Assembly: GCA_964016885.1 (NCBI GenBank)
Contig: OZ024740.1
Location: 149,234,001 to 149,298,000 of the forward strand
Source: Eledone cirrhosa
Taxonomy: Eukaryota
Direction: 5' to 3'
DNA: 64,000 bases
Positions within the stretch are counted from its first letter, which is position 1; every line of letters starts with the position of its first letter. The notes beneath the pieces are model-generated. The model worked only from the letters and a program-made list of their open reading frames with translations. It had not been told where the DNA came from and ran no database searches. This document shows positions 24,965-39,133 of the stretch, in pieces. The position numbers and the translations under genes are program-made.

Positions 24965-27900
24965 TTACAGACACATACTCAGAGTAGGCCCATTCATTCG
25001 GGCCATACTTGCTTCTCTCACCCATCTTTCAACAAAATGCTGGGAAGAGAGCACTTCCCTCTCTACCCTGATTTTCCTTTTCAAATGAAATTTGAAAAAG
25101 TTAATCAGGGCATCACCGAAGAGGTAAGTGCTCGTCTTCAGCCCTTTCAAACGTGTCCACCATACTATCTATTTCGCCATGGCCACCAGACAGATAAAAA
25201 CTGCCTGACCTTCCCGGCTAAAGGAAGGGGGCGGGGCAATCCTCACGATGGACTCAGCTGATAGCTGGATCCGTCCTACACGTGACAGCAGGTGTTCGAC
25301 ATAAACCCACAAGTCAGCAATGCTCGGACACTGGACGAGTGCGTGCAGGACGGTTTCGTCGCCCTGCGCGCATCTCGGACATGCCCGGCTGACGGCACCT
25401 CCATGCCTGTAGAGTTTATCCCGAACTGGCAAAGCTCCTCGGTAGCACTGCCAGGCCAGGGATTTCTGGAAGTTGTCCATAGGCCCCGGCCCGAAAGTCC
25501 TTCCGAAGAGATTGGCTAGTTGATTTTCGTCGACGTCTAGAGTTTCTCCAAGTACGTCGTCGTTCTTCCCCTCCACTAATCCCCTATAGAACGCCAAGGT
25601 GGAGTTTCCACCGATCACATTGCCCGATTGGTCGAGGGCTGTGAGCGCCTGAAGACATTCCAGTCTACAAGCGCTCCCTCTCGGTCTTCGCTTGACCCAG
25701 GACTGCAGCTCCGTCAAGGAGACGAGCTGGGGAAAAACGTGTCTAGCAAACGGCGACCACACCTGATCACCGTCGAGGAAGAGGTGGAGATGTCGTAGCC
25801 TGAGCGCGTGTCTGCGCATCATCAGCCACGGCATGCCCAGCCCTCCACGTAGCGGGTGTTGACAGCAGATGGACCGCCTGACCATCGGAGCGCGTCCCTT
25901 CCACAAGAAGCGAAAGAGCAAACGCTCCAGCGCAGTCAGGCGGGGTTTAGGACAAGGTACGACGGTCAGGCGGTAGTAGATGACGGATGCGATGTACGCA
26001 TTCGCCACCTCCGCTCGACCTTTCAGGGATAAGCTTCCTCTCGGCCCATTTCTGGGTGAGAGAAGCCACCCTGCTCGTCACCTCGTCCCAGTTTTTGTCC
26101 GTCTGGAGGTCTGGACCGAACCAGACCCCTAGCAATTTAACCGGCTCGTCCGTCCAGCGCCCGACTACGCTGTTGGACGGCATGGACCTGCCTCTCCAGG
26201 TGCCGAACTGCAGGCCCACTGACTTTTCCTGGTTGATCATTGCTCCTGTCACCGCTTCGTATTCTCTTAGTGTAGTGCCGATCGCCTCGATGTGTTTGGC
26301 ATTCGACACCACTACGGTGACATCGTCGGCATATGCTGACGGATCTTCCGCATCCTAGTTCGCGCGGGACCCCCCTCAACGTCTCCAGTTTGTGCAGTAA
26401 TGGCTCGTGAGTCAATACGTACAATAGGGACGAGAGGGGACATCCTTGGCGGACCGAGCGCATGATGTTGAACGGTTCCGAAAGGTGACCATTCACTCTC
26501 ACTACAGAGCAGATGTCGCTGTGCATGGCAGCGATCCAGCCTCTGAAGACGGGCCCAAAGCCAGCCGCCCTCAGGACTGCCGCTAGGTAACGATGGTCGA
26601 CCCTATCGAAGGCTTTCGACTGATCTAAATTGATCAAAGACCCACCCGTGCCAGGTTCCCTAGCTACCCTCTCTACGATGTATCGCATGAGGTGGAGGTT
26701 GTCGTGGATGGATCTGTCGGGAATGGCGCATGTCTGTGCCTCTCCAACCAGACCACCAACGACAAGCGCCAACCTCTTTGCTAGCACCTTGGCCAAAATC
26801 TTGAACTCTGTGATTAGCAGAGTTATGGGCCTAAAAATATCTATGTTATCCCCCTTGTTCGGATCCTTTCTCAGCAGCGCCACCGCTCCTCGGCTCACAG
26901 AGCTGGGAATTCTCCCGTTCTGTTGCCAGTTGCAGTAGACGTCCGCCAAGAGGCCTCCGAACACGTTTGGCATTTGTACGTAAAGTTCATAGGGCAGACC
27001 ATCCAAACCAGGCGATTTACCCCTTGTGCAACTAGTCATTGCATCCCGTACTTCAGCGGTTGTTATCGGCTTTTCGCGACACTCCGCCTCAGTGGCCGAA
27101 AGCCGCGGCAGTCCGTCGAGGTAGACACTAAAGTCCATCCCTCGATCCGGCCCGCCACTGTCCCCGAACAGTTGAGCGAAGTGTCGCTGAAAAGCTTCAC
27201 ACATTTGCCCGGGATCGAGTAGCATGCGCCCGTCGTGGTCCACCAAAGACCGGATCGTGGCTTTGTTGCCACGACGCGCCTCCGCCACTCAGGCCCATTG
27301 AACGGCTTTCGTCCCCTCGTGTCTGAGAGCACGCACCCTAGCTCTGACAACGCAGCCTTCGTGCTTTGCATTGAAGAATTGGTCAAGGGCCAATTTCGCC
27401 GCAAGTACGTCGGTCGCGATGCCTTTGCTAAGCTCCTCATTTAATTTTCTAACTAATTCTCCCTCTGCTCTATTTTTCTCTATTGCTAAAGTCTTACTAA
27501 ACCTAATGGACTCTATTCTAATTGCTCTTTTCAGAGCAAACCACCACTTGTTGTTGACGATGGCCTCCGTCAACGCCCGCTTAACTAGTTCGCTAATCCG
27601 GTCTCTGTAGGCCTTGCGCGCTGGTAAGGACGCGTTTAGCTTCCAGTAGCCGGGTCCTCGTCTATGAAGCCTATCTAAGTCAAGCACACAGATCACGAAT
27701 TTGTGGTCCGTGTAGCTGACTATCTTGAATTGTGGACAGCCTATGCTAGACCTATCTATTTCCCTACAAAATACTCTATCTAGATATGATCTGGATGACC
27801 CTATGCGATTTGTCCAAGTCCACATTGGTACATTCGGGAAATTCATTCGGTACCTGTCAGACAGTTCAAAACGTCTGAGCAGGTTGGTGAGACTCTTGCA

Positions 27901-28384
27901 CCCTCCTTCCCTGTCCACTAATCCCACACAATCCCAGCGTGCATCTAAGATCCCGTTCCAGTCGCCCACTAACAATAAAGAGCGGGACGTTCCAAGAAAG
28001 GTCTCCAGACGCCGGAAGAAATCAGGCCGCCCTGCTCCTGTCGGGGCATAGACGGCCACTAACCTGAAAGTTTGCCCGTCTCCGCTGGTCACGTCCAGCA
28101 CCACAAACTTACCTTCTGGGTCCAGGAAGATGGCCCGTATGGCAAGATCCAAACCTCCTCGAAAAAGCACAGCAACTCCCCCCCCCCGATCCAGGACGGC
28201 TGGGAGATGCGTATACATCGTAGCCGCCGAAGATCGGTGCGAAAGCCTGTGCTTCGGAGATTCTGGTCTCGCTGATGGCCACTACATCTATGTTTAGTGA
28301 CCTGAGGTCGTTGAGCAGGTGGCCCTGCTTCCATGACGACCCCAAGCCACGCGCATTTATGCTGCCTATTTTGACTGAGGTCAT
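24965..28384 (-). pseudogene. Tx1 ORF2 (APE endonuclease + reverse transcriptase), frameshifted
   Basis: SINARGL..ISET, VGDWN, SYLDRVF, YTDHK, GYWKLN; KSPGLDGLP, FRPITLL, LDQSKAFDRVDH, VRQGCPLS, (SAY)ADDV; CPRC..ETVLHALVQC. Confidence 0.92.
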
Positions 28385-28418
28385 GTTGAAAAGGAGTGGA
28401 AAAGATGGGAAAGACCAC

Positions 28419-30391
28419 TTACCTTACTTCTCGTAGGGGAAGGACGGTTTTTCCATCCTTTTCACTGCCTGTGGCCTCCTCAGGAAGGATGTCCTTATAA
28501 ATCCTCCTGGAGAGTGCTTGTCGGAAGTCTCCGATGTCTTTGGGGAATTTTTGTTTTAGTGTCATGTACGTTTTCTGTGTGATGCGAGTGATTTGTATGT
28601 GTGGAGGTGGTGTGAATTTTGGGGTTGTTGTGTAGTCTTTTTCTGTGATGCTGGTGTTTTGTTGGATGTAGTGTAATAATTGCTTGTTGTTCAAATTTAA
28701 TGCTGTGTAGTGTGTATCGTTTTGGTTGTTTTGTTTTGTTTGAGTTTGTTGTGGGTTTGTTTCTGTTTCGCATTTTGGTGACTTTTGTGGTGTAGGTGAT
28801 GGTGGTGTTGGAGTTAATGATGGTGATGGTGTTGGTGTTTGGGTTGATGGGGTTGGTGATGCTGGTGTGGATGGTGGCATATCTGTCCTAACTTTTTTGT
28901 TTCTTAGTTTATTTGTTTCCCTCTGTATTTTGTTTTTGGAGGGGGAAGGAAGAGAATTTTTTCTTTTTTGGTTTCTTTTTTTTTTTTCCGGATATCGTTT
29001 CCCACTCCTCGTCGTCACAATCTGTCTCCAGTTGTGATAGGCCGGGGAGTGGAAAATCCTCCACAGCCGTTAGTTTTGGTTGTGGTGTGGTGGATGGTGT
29101 AGGCGCTGGTGCTAGTTCTGAAGCGTTGGGTGGTGGTGGTGTTGGTTCTGCTACTGTTGCTGGGGTTGTTGCTGTTATAGTTGCTTCTGTTGTTGCTGCT
29201 ACAGTTGTTGCTGCCATCTCTGCTACTGGTGGTGTTGATGGTTGTGTCACTGGGTGGGTAGGAGAGGTGGCCTCAACCTTTTAGCCTGAGGGCAGAAAGC
29301 CCTTAGGTGGGTTCCTTCACCACAAACGACACACCTAGGTCTTCTGCCCTCGACAATTACCGTGATGTGGCTGCCGTCAGTGAGGTCTATTACCTCTGGG
29401 ATCTCCTCAATGCTTTTTTGGTCCGCTTGGATCAGGAGCTCCATCCCAGATCCGGACCAGTTTTCCTGCTTTTCTTTTGCTATTGCTATTATTTTCGTGT
29501 TGGCTTCGATGCCGGCGAGGACAGCCGCTATTAGCCAGGGAATTTCGATGGCCGGTGGAACGTGGGTCACCCTGATCTTTACGAGTCTCTGGCCACAATA
29601 GCTTGGGACGAGTGTGAAGTCGTCACTTTTTAATGGGGCCATGGAGTGTTCTCTAGCCTCCTCTGGTGTTTCAAAGAACACATCCACGGTTCCATACTTT
29701 TGCCCACGTCTGATGTGGGTTTTTCTTGCCCACACATGTCCCAAAGCTTTTTGGATTTGGGACTCGGATGCCCGTTCCACTCGGCGCGATTTTACATTTA
29801 TTGTTCTATACGACACGGTGCATAGGCGCCGATGCTCCATTTTATTAGGTGGGGGGGGGGGGTGAGGCTGACCCTGTACCCATTTTTCTTTACCATTTGT
29901 TTGGCATTTTCTAAATCGTCTTGAGTTACCGTGAATGCTTCAAATTGTTTTGCTACTATGGCGAAACTGAGGGTCGGTTTTATAATGTCATTGTTGTTGT
30001 TGTTGCTATCGTTATTTGTGTTAATATTAATTTTAGTTTCAGTTGTGGTTGTGGTGACGTCAGTCGTCTTTGGTGCGGAAGAGTCCATTTTGCTTGATTT
30101 CATTTCGACATCACGAGTTAATTTATTTTTTTCTTCTTTTGTTTCTGTTGTCGCGGTGGTGGTGGGGGTGGGGGTTGTCGCGGTGGTGGTGGTGGTGGAG
30201 GCTTTAACACCTGCAGTCATTGGTAATGGCGGGAAATGAATGTCTGCCTGAGACAAATTTAAAATATTGCTACTGCTTATATTTTTTTTTGTGTTGGCAA
30301 ACGTAGTAACATTTACAATGGTGGTGTCGGTGTCAGGTGTTATTTTGAGAGGAAAGCTTTCAGCTGCTTCGTGCAGAGGGGAATTAGCCAT
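28419..30391 (-). pseudogene. Tx1 ORF1 (low-complexity N-terminus, CCHC zinc knuckle), frameshifted
   Basis: Starts MANSP; contains VEGRRPRCVVCGEGTHLRAFCP; ends LPLREVR*. One break falls in a G homopolymer at ~29850-29862. Confidence 0.75.
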
Positions 30392-30597
30392 TTTTTTCAA
30401 AGAAATTTTTGGATAATAATAAAAGTTAAAATTTTGGGCACAAGGCCCCAATCTTTTTGGGTGTCCTTTTCGGAAAACAATGTATGTGTGATTATAAACA
30501 GTTAACAATAAAATTTTCCATAAATGGCAATTTTTAACAAACGGAAATAACAAACCTTTGCGGAGCTCACGATGATACGATTTACTACGTAGGTCGC

Positions 30598-30598
30598 C

Positions 30599-30688
<90 letters not shown>

Positions 30689-30712
30689 AAGAAGAAGAAG
30701 AAGAAGAAGAAG
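30598..30712. repeat. Compound (AAT)n(AAG)n between head-to-head Tx1 and Dong elements
   Basis: Direct run. Confidence 0.98.
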
Positions 30713-33700
30713 ATAGGGAGAAGACGCACGTGGTGGATAGAAGGGCGTGAAATCGCTCCCGTAAGTTTTGAATTTTTAACATATTTAAATCATTTGTGAA
30801 ATAACAATTCTTAGTACAAATGTTACGTAAAGCATCCGGCTTGAGCCCCCAAAAAATTCGGACCCAAAATATATTGTTATAAGGCTCAAATATTCAACTT
30901 TGTATTGTACATTGTATATTCAAAAAAAGAAAATGGCTATAAATGGAAGAAGAAGAACCCCCCTCCTCTGTCTACACTATATAGAACAGCCAAACAACAA
31001 CAATTTCACCAACACCAGAAACTAGATACACCACCTACCCCATCACCCCTCTGTGTACACTAAACACAACAGCCAGATAACGGCAATTTCACCACCACCA
31101 CAACCAATCTCAACATAATAATGATAATAATAATTACTATTACTATTGTCCCAAGTTTTAACAAAATGTTTAATTCCAGCATTAAGGGAATTTATGTCAA
31201 CACATGTACGCGACTAACCCCATAGATTCACCGAACGGACATCAGTAACGACAACGCCATCACTACAGTCACCGCCGGCGCCACCCATCCATCATTACTA
31301 CCACTATCCCATCACCGCCGCCACCACTCCTTCATTGCTACCACCGCTACAACACCATCACTAAAGTAATACGATCACATCACCACCACCACTGCCTCAG
31401 TATCGCTACCGCCGCTATTCTCTCCCATTGCCTCCTGCTAGTTGCTGCCAGCACAGCACCGCCACCACATTATAGAATTCCTACTAAAAAAGAGAAAGGC
31501 ATCAAAATATATAGATAGACTCAAAACAAAAAACAAAAATCAAAACCAAAGCAGCACAGCAACAACAAAAACAAAAACAAACAGAGAAAAAACAAAAACA
31601 AAAAACGTAAAGAAAATAAGAATGAAGAGAGAAACAAACGGACGGACAGAGAAGGGAAGGGAAAAACTAAGTCAGACATTCGAACACTACATTACAATGA
31701 AACTTATGCTTATTCATTTTTGGGGTTTTTTCTGCCTGTTTGTTTGTTTGTTTATTTGTGTTCGTCTACAGCGTGATAATGCCACACAACAGCCACGTGG
31801 AGCGACGCAATCACGGGAGACGGTGAATCCACAGGTGGTTATGTAACCATACATTCGCCAATCCTCGATAAGAGTGTTTAAATGTCGAACATAAACAGTT
31901 CGAATAACGGTGAAATGGAGACTAGAACGTCATGTGACAGACTCTCACCCAACAGGTGCTCCCTGGCTCAGCAGCAGGGACCTGGCTGTCAACCAAATAC
32001 TGCTGGTGTCGGAGGAAGAAGAAGAAGGAAAGGGACCAGAACCAACTGGACGAAAGAATTGAATAGAACTGTTATGCAATGTTACCTGAAAAGTAACCCC
32101 AAGGAGAGGGGCTATAGGAGACGGATGCATAACATCTGGAACGAGATTGGTCTATTTAAATTAGATGAACAAAAATTGGCCGGGCAGGCTGGGTAATAAG
32201 AACTAATGGGTGGATAAGCGAGCTGGAACTGGAGGAACTGAGCAGAGAGATTAGCTTGGAGATGGAGGGTGGAGTATGCCAGGCAAACGAGCCAGTGGAA
32301 AATGAAGGTGAAGAGGTCAAGAGAACGGAGGAACCACCCGAAGCAGACAATGATCTGAATACTGAGATAAATAATACCTGGAACAGAGATACGGCCACTG
32401 AGGAGATGAATGCTGACGGGCTAGGACAAGATTTGGTTGACATCCTAAATTTAGTGGTAGATGAATTGAATAATGATAGTGGGAGACCTATGAACCTAAG
32501 ATTTGTAGACAGGAAAAAGTTAAAAGAATCAACAGCTAAGGTAAACAAAGTCATCCCATACCTTGAGGCGAGGAGCCTTCACCAGTGCAACAATATCCAC
32601 AAAGCAACAGCAAATACGGTGAGGAAACTACTTGGTATAAAAGCGAGAGGAAACAACAGACAAGAAAGAGCAGAGCCTTGGTGGAAGAAACGACTGAGTG
32701 GTCAAATCAGGGAAATGAGAAATGACATTGGAAAGCTTGAGTCACTACCGAATGGGACACTAAAAAACATAGACACTAAAAATAGACTGGAAATAAAGTA
32801 CAAAACTAGGAGGAAAAAGCTAAATATTATCATAGAGGAACTGAAGCAACGCATTGTAGCAAAGAGTGCAAAAATCAGGCGATACGCGAACAGAGTCAGT
32901 CAGTATAAACAGAACCGCATGTTCGACAACAACCAGAAGATACTGTTAGGGCAGCTTGAGGGGAAAGAAAGAGGCAACGACTTGATCCCTGAGGCGGAAC
33001 AAACTAAAACATTCTGGAGAAGAATATGGGAGCAGGATGTTAGACATAATGACCAGGCAGTGTGGATTGAGACAGTACAGAAGGAGATCGGTGAACAGGC
33101 ACACCAACAAACTGATTTGAGTATCACAGTTGAAACTCTTAAGGGGCAGGCCAAAAAACTGACCAACTGGAAATCACCAGGCCCAGATGGTGTGCAGGGG
33201 TATTGGATTAAAAATATAACATCCCTCCACCCGAAACTGACAACCATGTTCAATGAATGCTTGAGGTCAGGTGAGGTACCAGAGTGGTTGACAAAAGGTA
33301 CCACAGTTCTGATAATGAAAGACCGAATCAAGGGTAATGATGTTACCAACTATAGACCTATCACATGTCTGTCCGTAATGTGGAAACTGTTGACGAGCAT
33401 TGTGTCTGAGGAAATCTACCATCACCTCCACACAAACAACTTGTTACCGGACGAACAGAAAGGATGCCGAAAGAAGTCACGTGGTACAAAGGACCAGTTA
33501 CTTATTGATAAGATAGTAATGGGGAATTGCAGGAGGAGACACACTGATCTTGCCATGGGATGGATAGACTACAGAAAGGCATTTGACATGGTGCCTCATT
33601 CTTGGATCACCAAAAGCCTGGAGATCTTCAAGGTGGCAGATAACATCAGACAGTTGTTGGGCAAAAGTATGAGGTCCTGGGAAACAGAGCTGACATCAAC

Positions 33701-35380
33701 TGGAGAATCCTTGGGAAGCGTGAAGATCAAGAGAGGTATCTTCCAGGGAGATAGCCTGTCCCCTCTGTTGTTTGTCCTTGCCCTGATGCCCCTGACCAGT
33801 GTACTGCGAAAAGTGAGAGCAGGATACAGGTTGGGAAAGGGAGGGCTTACCATCAATCACCTCCTCTTCATGGACGCTCTTAAGCTCTTCGGGAAGAGTG
33901 AGAAGGAGTTGGATGTGCTTGTTGACACTGTCCGTATTTTCAACAGTGATATATGTATGCAGTTTGGTATTAGTAAGTGTGGAGTCATTGTGATGAGGAG
34001 GGGTAGGTTGAGCAGAAGTAATGGAATCCAGATACCAACAGGTGAGATGATAAAGGAAATTGACTCTGAGGAAGGATACAAGTATTTGGGCGTTCTGGAG
34101 GCTGATGGCATAAAGAACAAAAGAATGAAGGAATTGTTAAGAACTGAATACATTCGGAGAGTAAGGAGCGTATTGAAGTCACATCTGAACAGCAGAAATG
34201 CCATAAGCGCAGTAAATTCCCGAGCTGTGTCTATTATTAGGTACAGTGCGGGAATTCTGAGATGGAATGTTGCTGAACAAAAAGAAATGGATAGGAAGAC
34301 TAGGAAGCTATTGACTATCTACAACATGTTCCACAAGAGGAGTGATGTCGATAGACTCTACCTAAGGAGATCTGAGGGTGGAAGAGGTTTAATCAGCATA
34401 GAGGACTGTGTTCAGATGGAGAAAAACAACCTACACAAATACGTGACTGATAGTAAGGAGCCAATGCTCAGAACTGTACTGAAGGAGGGGACAACAGGCC
34501 AGGGGATGTCCAAGAAGGAAATAACATCAAGGAGAAAGAGCAGCCTTCAGGAAAAATCCCTTCATAGTACCTTCTTTGAGAAAACTGAATTTAGAGATCC
34601 ACAGACATGGAAATGGTTGAGAAGAGGAGACCTTAAAAAGGCTACAGAAGGAATGTTAATGGCTGCGCAGGAGCAGGCCCTCAAAACGAAGTGGTTGAAA
34701 CACCATATTTACAAGGAGGAGGCTAGCCCAGTGTGCAGGATCTGTGGAGAGAGAGAGGAGACTGTGGCTCACATTCTATCCGAGTGTAAACACCTAGCCC
34801 AGACCCACTATAAGGGCTGGAGACATGATGTGATGGGCAGGGTGATCCACTGGCACCTGTGCAAAGTAAACAATTTACCACATTCTGAGAAATGGTATGA
34901 GCATAAGCCAGAGGCGGTGATGGAGCACGATCAGGTGAAGGTGCTGTGGGATTTTAGGATACAGACGGACAAAAAACTAGAACACAATAGACCTGACCTG
35001 GTGGTTGTGGACAAAGAAAAAAGATCGTGTCTGATTGTGGATGTGGCCTGCCCATTCGACACGAGAGTGCAAGAGAAGGAGAGGGAGAAAATTAACCGAT
35101 ACCAGGACTTAAAGTGGGAGGTAAAAAGGATTTGGAACTGCCATGAAGTCAAAGTGATCCCGATTGTCATAGGCGCACTGGGGACTATCTCCAAAGGTTT
35201 CCAGGGATGGTTAAAGAAAATCGGCCCCTTCACGCTTTTTGGAACGCTTCAAAAGGCATGCTTGCTGGGAACAGCAAGAACCCTCCGATACGTCCTGAAT
35301 ATCTGAGGCTGCAGGTAGTGGCTTGATATTCATTCCAACAGACTTTCCGGTTAACTAACATCAATGACTGGGACTCAAGG
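30713..35380 (+). mobile_element. R4/Dong-clade element, copy 2 (full length)
   Basis: Colinear with copy 1 from GAAGACGCACG to the 3'UTR; (AAT)n tail 35383-35425. Confidence 0.9.
31882..35306 (+). pseudogene. R4/Dong polyprotein with a frameshift at ~32190 and RT catalytic FMDD>FMDA
   Basis: ORFs 31882-32196 + 32256-35306; GAC GCT at 33873-33878 versus GAC GAT at 22604-22609; CCHC and RLE intact. Confidence 0.92.
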
Positions 35381-35381
35381 A

Positions 35382-35427
<46 letters not shown>

Positions 35428-35675
35428 TTTCTTTATTAACCACAAGGGTTTACATAAAGTAGACATTAAGGACAGTTCAGGACAATACAGGACAGTACAA
35501 ATGGGCATTTCTGCGTGTAAAAAAACAAAAACAGAGGATGTAACGAAAAATAACAATGACAAATTCCCCAATAGGGGGAGACTTCGGAGGGACTTTTGTG
35601 GAGAAAGCCCAGTAAAAGGCCACAGTGACCCTAACCACCAAGGCAAGTGCCCTCTCCCAGTTTTCCACCTTTAAT

Positions 35676-38600
35676 TTACAGATATATACTCAGAGTAGGC
35701 CCATTCACTCGGGCCATTCTTGCTTCTCTCATCCTTCTTTCAACAAAATGCTGGGAAGAGAGCACTCCCCTCTCTACCCTGATTTTCCTTTTCAAATGAA
35801 ATTTGAAAAAGTCAATCAGAGCATCACCGAAGAGGTAAGTGCTCGTCTTCAGCCCTTTCAAACGTGTCCACCATACTATCTCTTTCGCCATGGCCACCAG
35901 ACAGATAAAAACTGCCTGCCCTTCCCGGCTAAAGGAGGAGGGCGGGGCAATCCTCACGATGGACTCAGATGATAGCCGGATCCGTCCTACACGCGACAGC
36001 AGGTGTTCGACGTAAACCCACAAGGCAGCAATTTTCGGACACTGGACGAGTGCGTGCAGGACTGTTTCGTCGCCCTGCGCGCATCTCGGACTGCCCGGCT
36101 GACGGCACCTCCATGCCTGTAGAGTTTATCCCGAACTGGCAAAAGGCTCCTCGGTGGTAGCACTGCCAGGCCAGAGATTTCTGGAAGTTGTCCATAGGCC
36201 CTGGCCCGAAAGTTCTTCCGAAGAGATTGGCTAGTTCATTTTCGTCGACGCCTAGAGTTTCCGCAAATATGTCGTCGCTCTTCCCCTCCACTAATCCTCT
36301 ATAGATCGCCGAGGTGGAGTTTCCACCGATCACATTGCCCGATTGGTCGAGGGCTGTGAGCGCCTGAAGACATTCCAGTCTCCAGGCGCTCCCTCTCGGT
36401 CTTCGCTTGACCCAGGACTTCAGCTCCGTCAAGGAAACGTGCTGGGGAAATACGTGTCTAACAAACGGCGACCACACCTGATCACCGTCGAGGAAGAGGT
36501 GGAGATGTCGTAGCCTTAGCGCGTGCCTGCGCATCATCAGCCACATCAAGCCCAGCCCTCCACGTTGCGGGTGTTGACAATAGATGGACCCCCTGACCAT
36601 CGGCGCGCGTCCCTTCCACAAAAAGCGAAAGAGCAAACGCGAAAGAGCAAACGGTCCAGCGCAGTCAGGCGAGGCCTAGGACAAGGTACGACGGTCAGGC
36701 GGTAGCAGATGACAGACGCGATGTACGCGTTAGCCACCTCCGCTCGACCTTTCAGGGATAGCTTCCTCTCAGCCCATTTCTGGGTGAGAGAAGCCACCCT
36801 GCTCGTCACCTCGTCCCAGTTTTTGTCCGTCTGGAGGTCCGGACCGAACTAGACCCCTAGCAATTTAACCGGTCCGTCCGTCCAGCGTCCGACTACGCTG
36901 TTGGACGGCATGGACCTGCCTCTCCAGGTGCCGAACTGCAGGCCCACTGACTTTTCCTGGTTGATCATTGCTCCTGTCACCGCTTCGTATTCTCTTAGTG
37001 TAGTGCCGATCGCCTCGATGTGTTTGGCGTTCGACACCACTACGGTCACATCGTCCGCATATGCTGACACGGATCTACCGCATCCTAGTTCGCGCGGGAC
37101 GCCCCTCAACGTCTCCAGTTTGTGCAGTAATGGCTCAAGAGTCAATACGTACATGAGGGACGAGAGGGGACATCCTTGGCGGACCGCATGATGTTGAACG
37201 GTTCCGAAATGTGACCGTTCACTCTCACCACAGAGAAGATGTCGCTGTGCATGGCAGCGATCCAGCCTCTGAAGACGGGCCCAAAGCCAGCCGCCCTCAA
37301 GACTGCCGCTAGGTAACGATGGTCGACCCTATCGAAAGCTTTCGACTGATCTAAATTGATCAAGGACCCACCCGTGCCAGGTTCCCTAGCTACCCTCTCT
37401 ACGATGTATCGTATGAGGTGGAGGTTGTCGTGGATGGATCTGTCGGGAATGGCGCATGTCTGCGCCTCTCCCACCAGACCACCAACGACAAGCGCCAACC
37501 TCTTTGCTAGCACCTTGGCCAAAATCTTGAACTCTGTGTTTAGCAGAGTTATGGGCCGGAAATTATCTTGTTATCCCCCTTGTTCGGATCCTTTCTCAGC
37601 AGTGCCACCACTCCTCGGCTCACGGAACTGGGAATTCTCCCGTTCTGTTGCCAGTTGCAGTAGACGTCCGCGAAGAGGCCTCCGAACAAGTCTGGCACCT
37701 GTACGTAAAGGTCATAGGGCAGACCATCCAAACCAGGCGATTTACCCCTTGTGCAGCCAGTCATTTCCTCCCGTACTTCAGCGGCTGTTATCGGCTTTTC
37801 GCAACACTCCCCCTTAGTGGCCGAGAGCCGCGGCAGTCCGTCGAGGTAGACACTAATGTCCATCTCTCGATCCGGCCCGCCGCTGCCCCGAAACAGCTGT
37901 GCGAAGTGTCGCTGAAAAGCTTCACACATTTGCCCGGGATCGAGTAGCATGCGCCCGTCGTGGTCCACCAAATACCGGATCGCGGCTTTGTTGCCACGAC
38001 GCCCCTCCGTCACACGGGCCCATTGAACGGCTTTCGTTCCCTCGTGTCTGAGAGCACGCATCCTAGTTCTGACAACGCAGCCTTCGTGCTTTACATTGAA
38101 GAATTGGTCAACGGCCAATTTCGCCGCAAGTACGTAGGTCGCGATGACTTTGCTAAGCGCCTCGTCTAATTTTCTAACTAGTTCTCCCTCTGCTCTATTT
38201 TTCTCTATTGCTAAAGCCTTACTAAACCTAATGAACTCTATTCTAATCGCTCTTTTCAGAGCAAACCACCACTTGTAGTTGACCCTTCAACGCCCACTTA
38301 ACTAGTTCGCTTACCCGGTCTCTGTAGGCCTTGCGCGCTGGTAAGGACGCGTTTAGCTTCCAGTAGCCGGGTCCTTGTCTATGAAGCCTATCTAAGTCAA
38401 GCACACAGATCACGAATTTGTGCTCCGTGTAGCTGACTATCTTGAATTGTGGACAGCCTATGCTAGACCTATCTATTTCCCTACAAAATACTCTATCTAG
38501 ATATGAGCTGGATGACCCTATGCGATTTGTCCAAGTCCACATTGGTACATTTGGGAAATCCAATCGGTACCTGTCAGACAGTTCAAAACGCCTGAGCAGG

Positions 38601-39099
38601 TTGGTGTGGCTCTTGCACCCTCCACCCCTATCCGCTAATCCCACACAGTCCCAGCGTGCATCTAATATCCCGTTCCAGTCGCCCACTAACACTAAAGAGC
38701 GGGACGTTCCAAGAAATGTCTCCAGAGGCCGGAAGAAATCAGGCCGCCCTGCTCCTGTCGGGGCATAGACGGCCACTAGCCTGAAAGCTTTCCCGCTCCG
38801 CTGGTCACGTCCAGCACCACCAACTTACCTTCTGGGTCCAGGAAGATGGCCCGTATGGCGAGATCCAAACCTCTCCGAAAAAGCACAGCAACTCCTCCCC
38901 CCGATCCAGGACGGCTGGGAGATGCGTACACATCGTAGCCGCCGAAGATCGGTGCGAAGGCCCGTGCTTCGGAGATTCTGGTCTCGCTGATGGCAACTAC
39001 ATCTATGTTTAGTGACCTGAGGTCGTTGAGCAGGTGGCCCTGCTTCCATGACGACCCCAAGCCACGCGCATTTAAGCTGCCTATTCTGAGTGAGGTCAT
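35676..39099 (-). pseudogene. Tx1 ORF2 (APE + RT), multiple frameshifts
   Basis: SLNARGL, VGDWN, SYLDRVF, KSPGLDGLP, LDQSKAFDRVDH, SAYADDV. Confidence 0.92.
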
Positions 39100-39133
39100 G
39101 TTGAAATGGAGTGGAAAAGATGGGAAAGACTTC

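Larger units (their letters stand above)
24720..30597 (-). mobile_element. Tx1/L1-clade non-LTR retrotransposon, copy 1 (full length)
   Basis: ORF1 with a CCHC knuckle, ORF2 APE+RT+Cys-rich end; 3' end AATAAAGAAAAC-(ATT)n; 5' end abuts (TTA)n. Confidence 0.9.
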
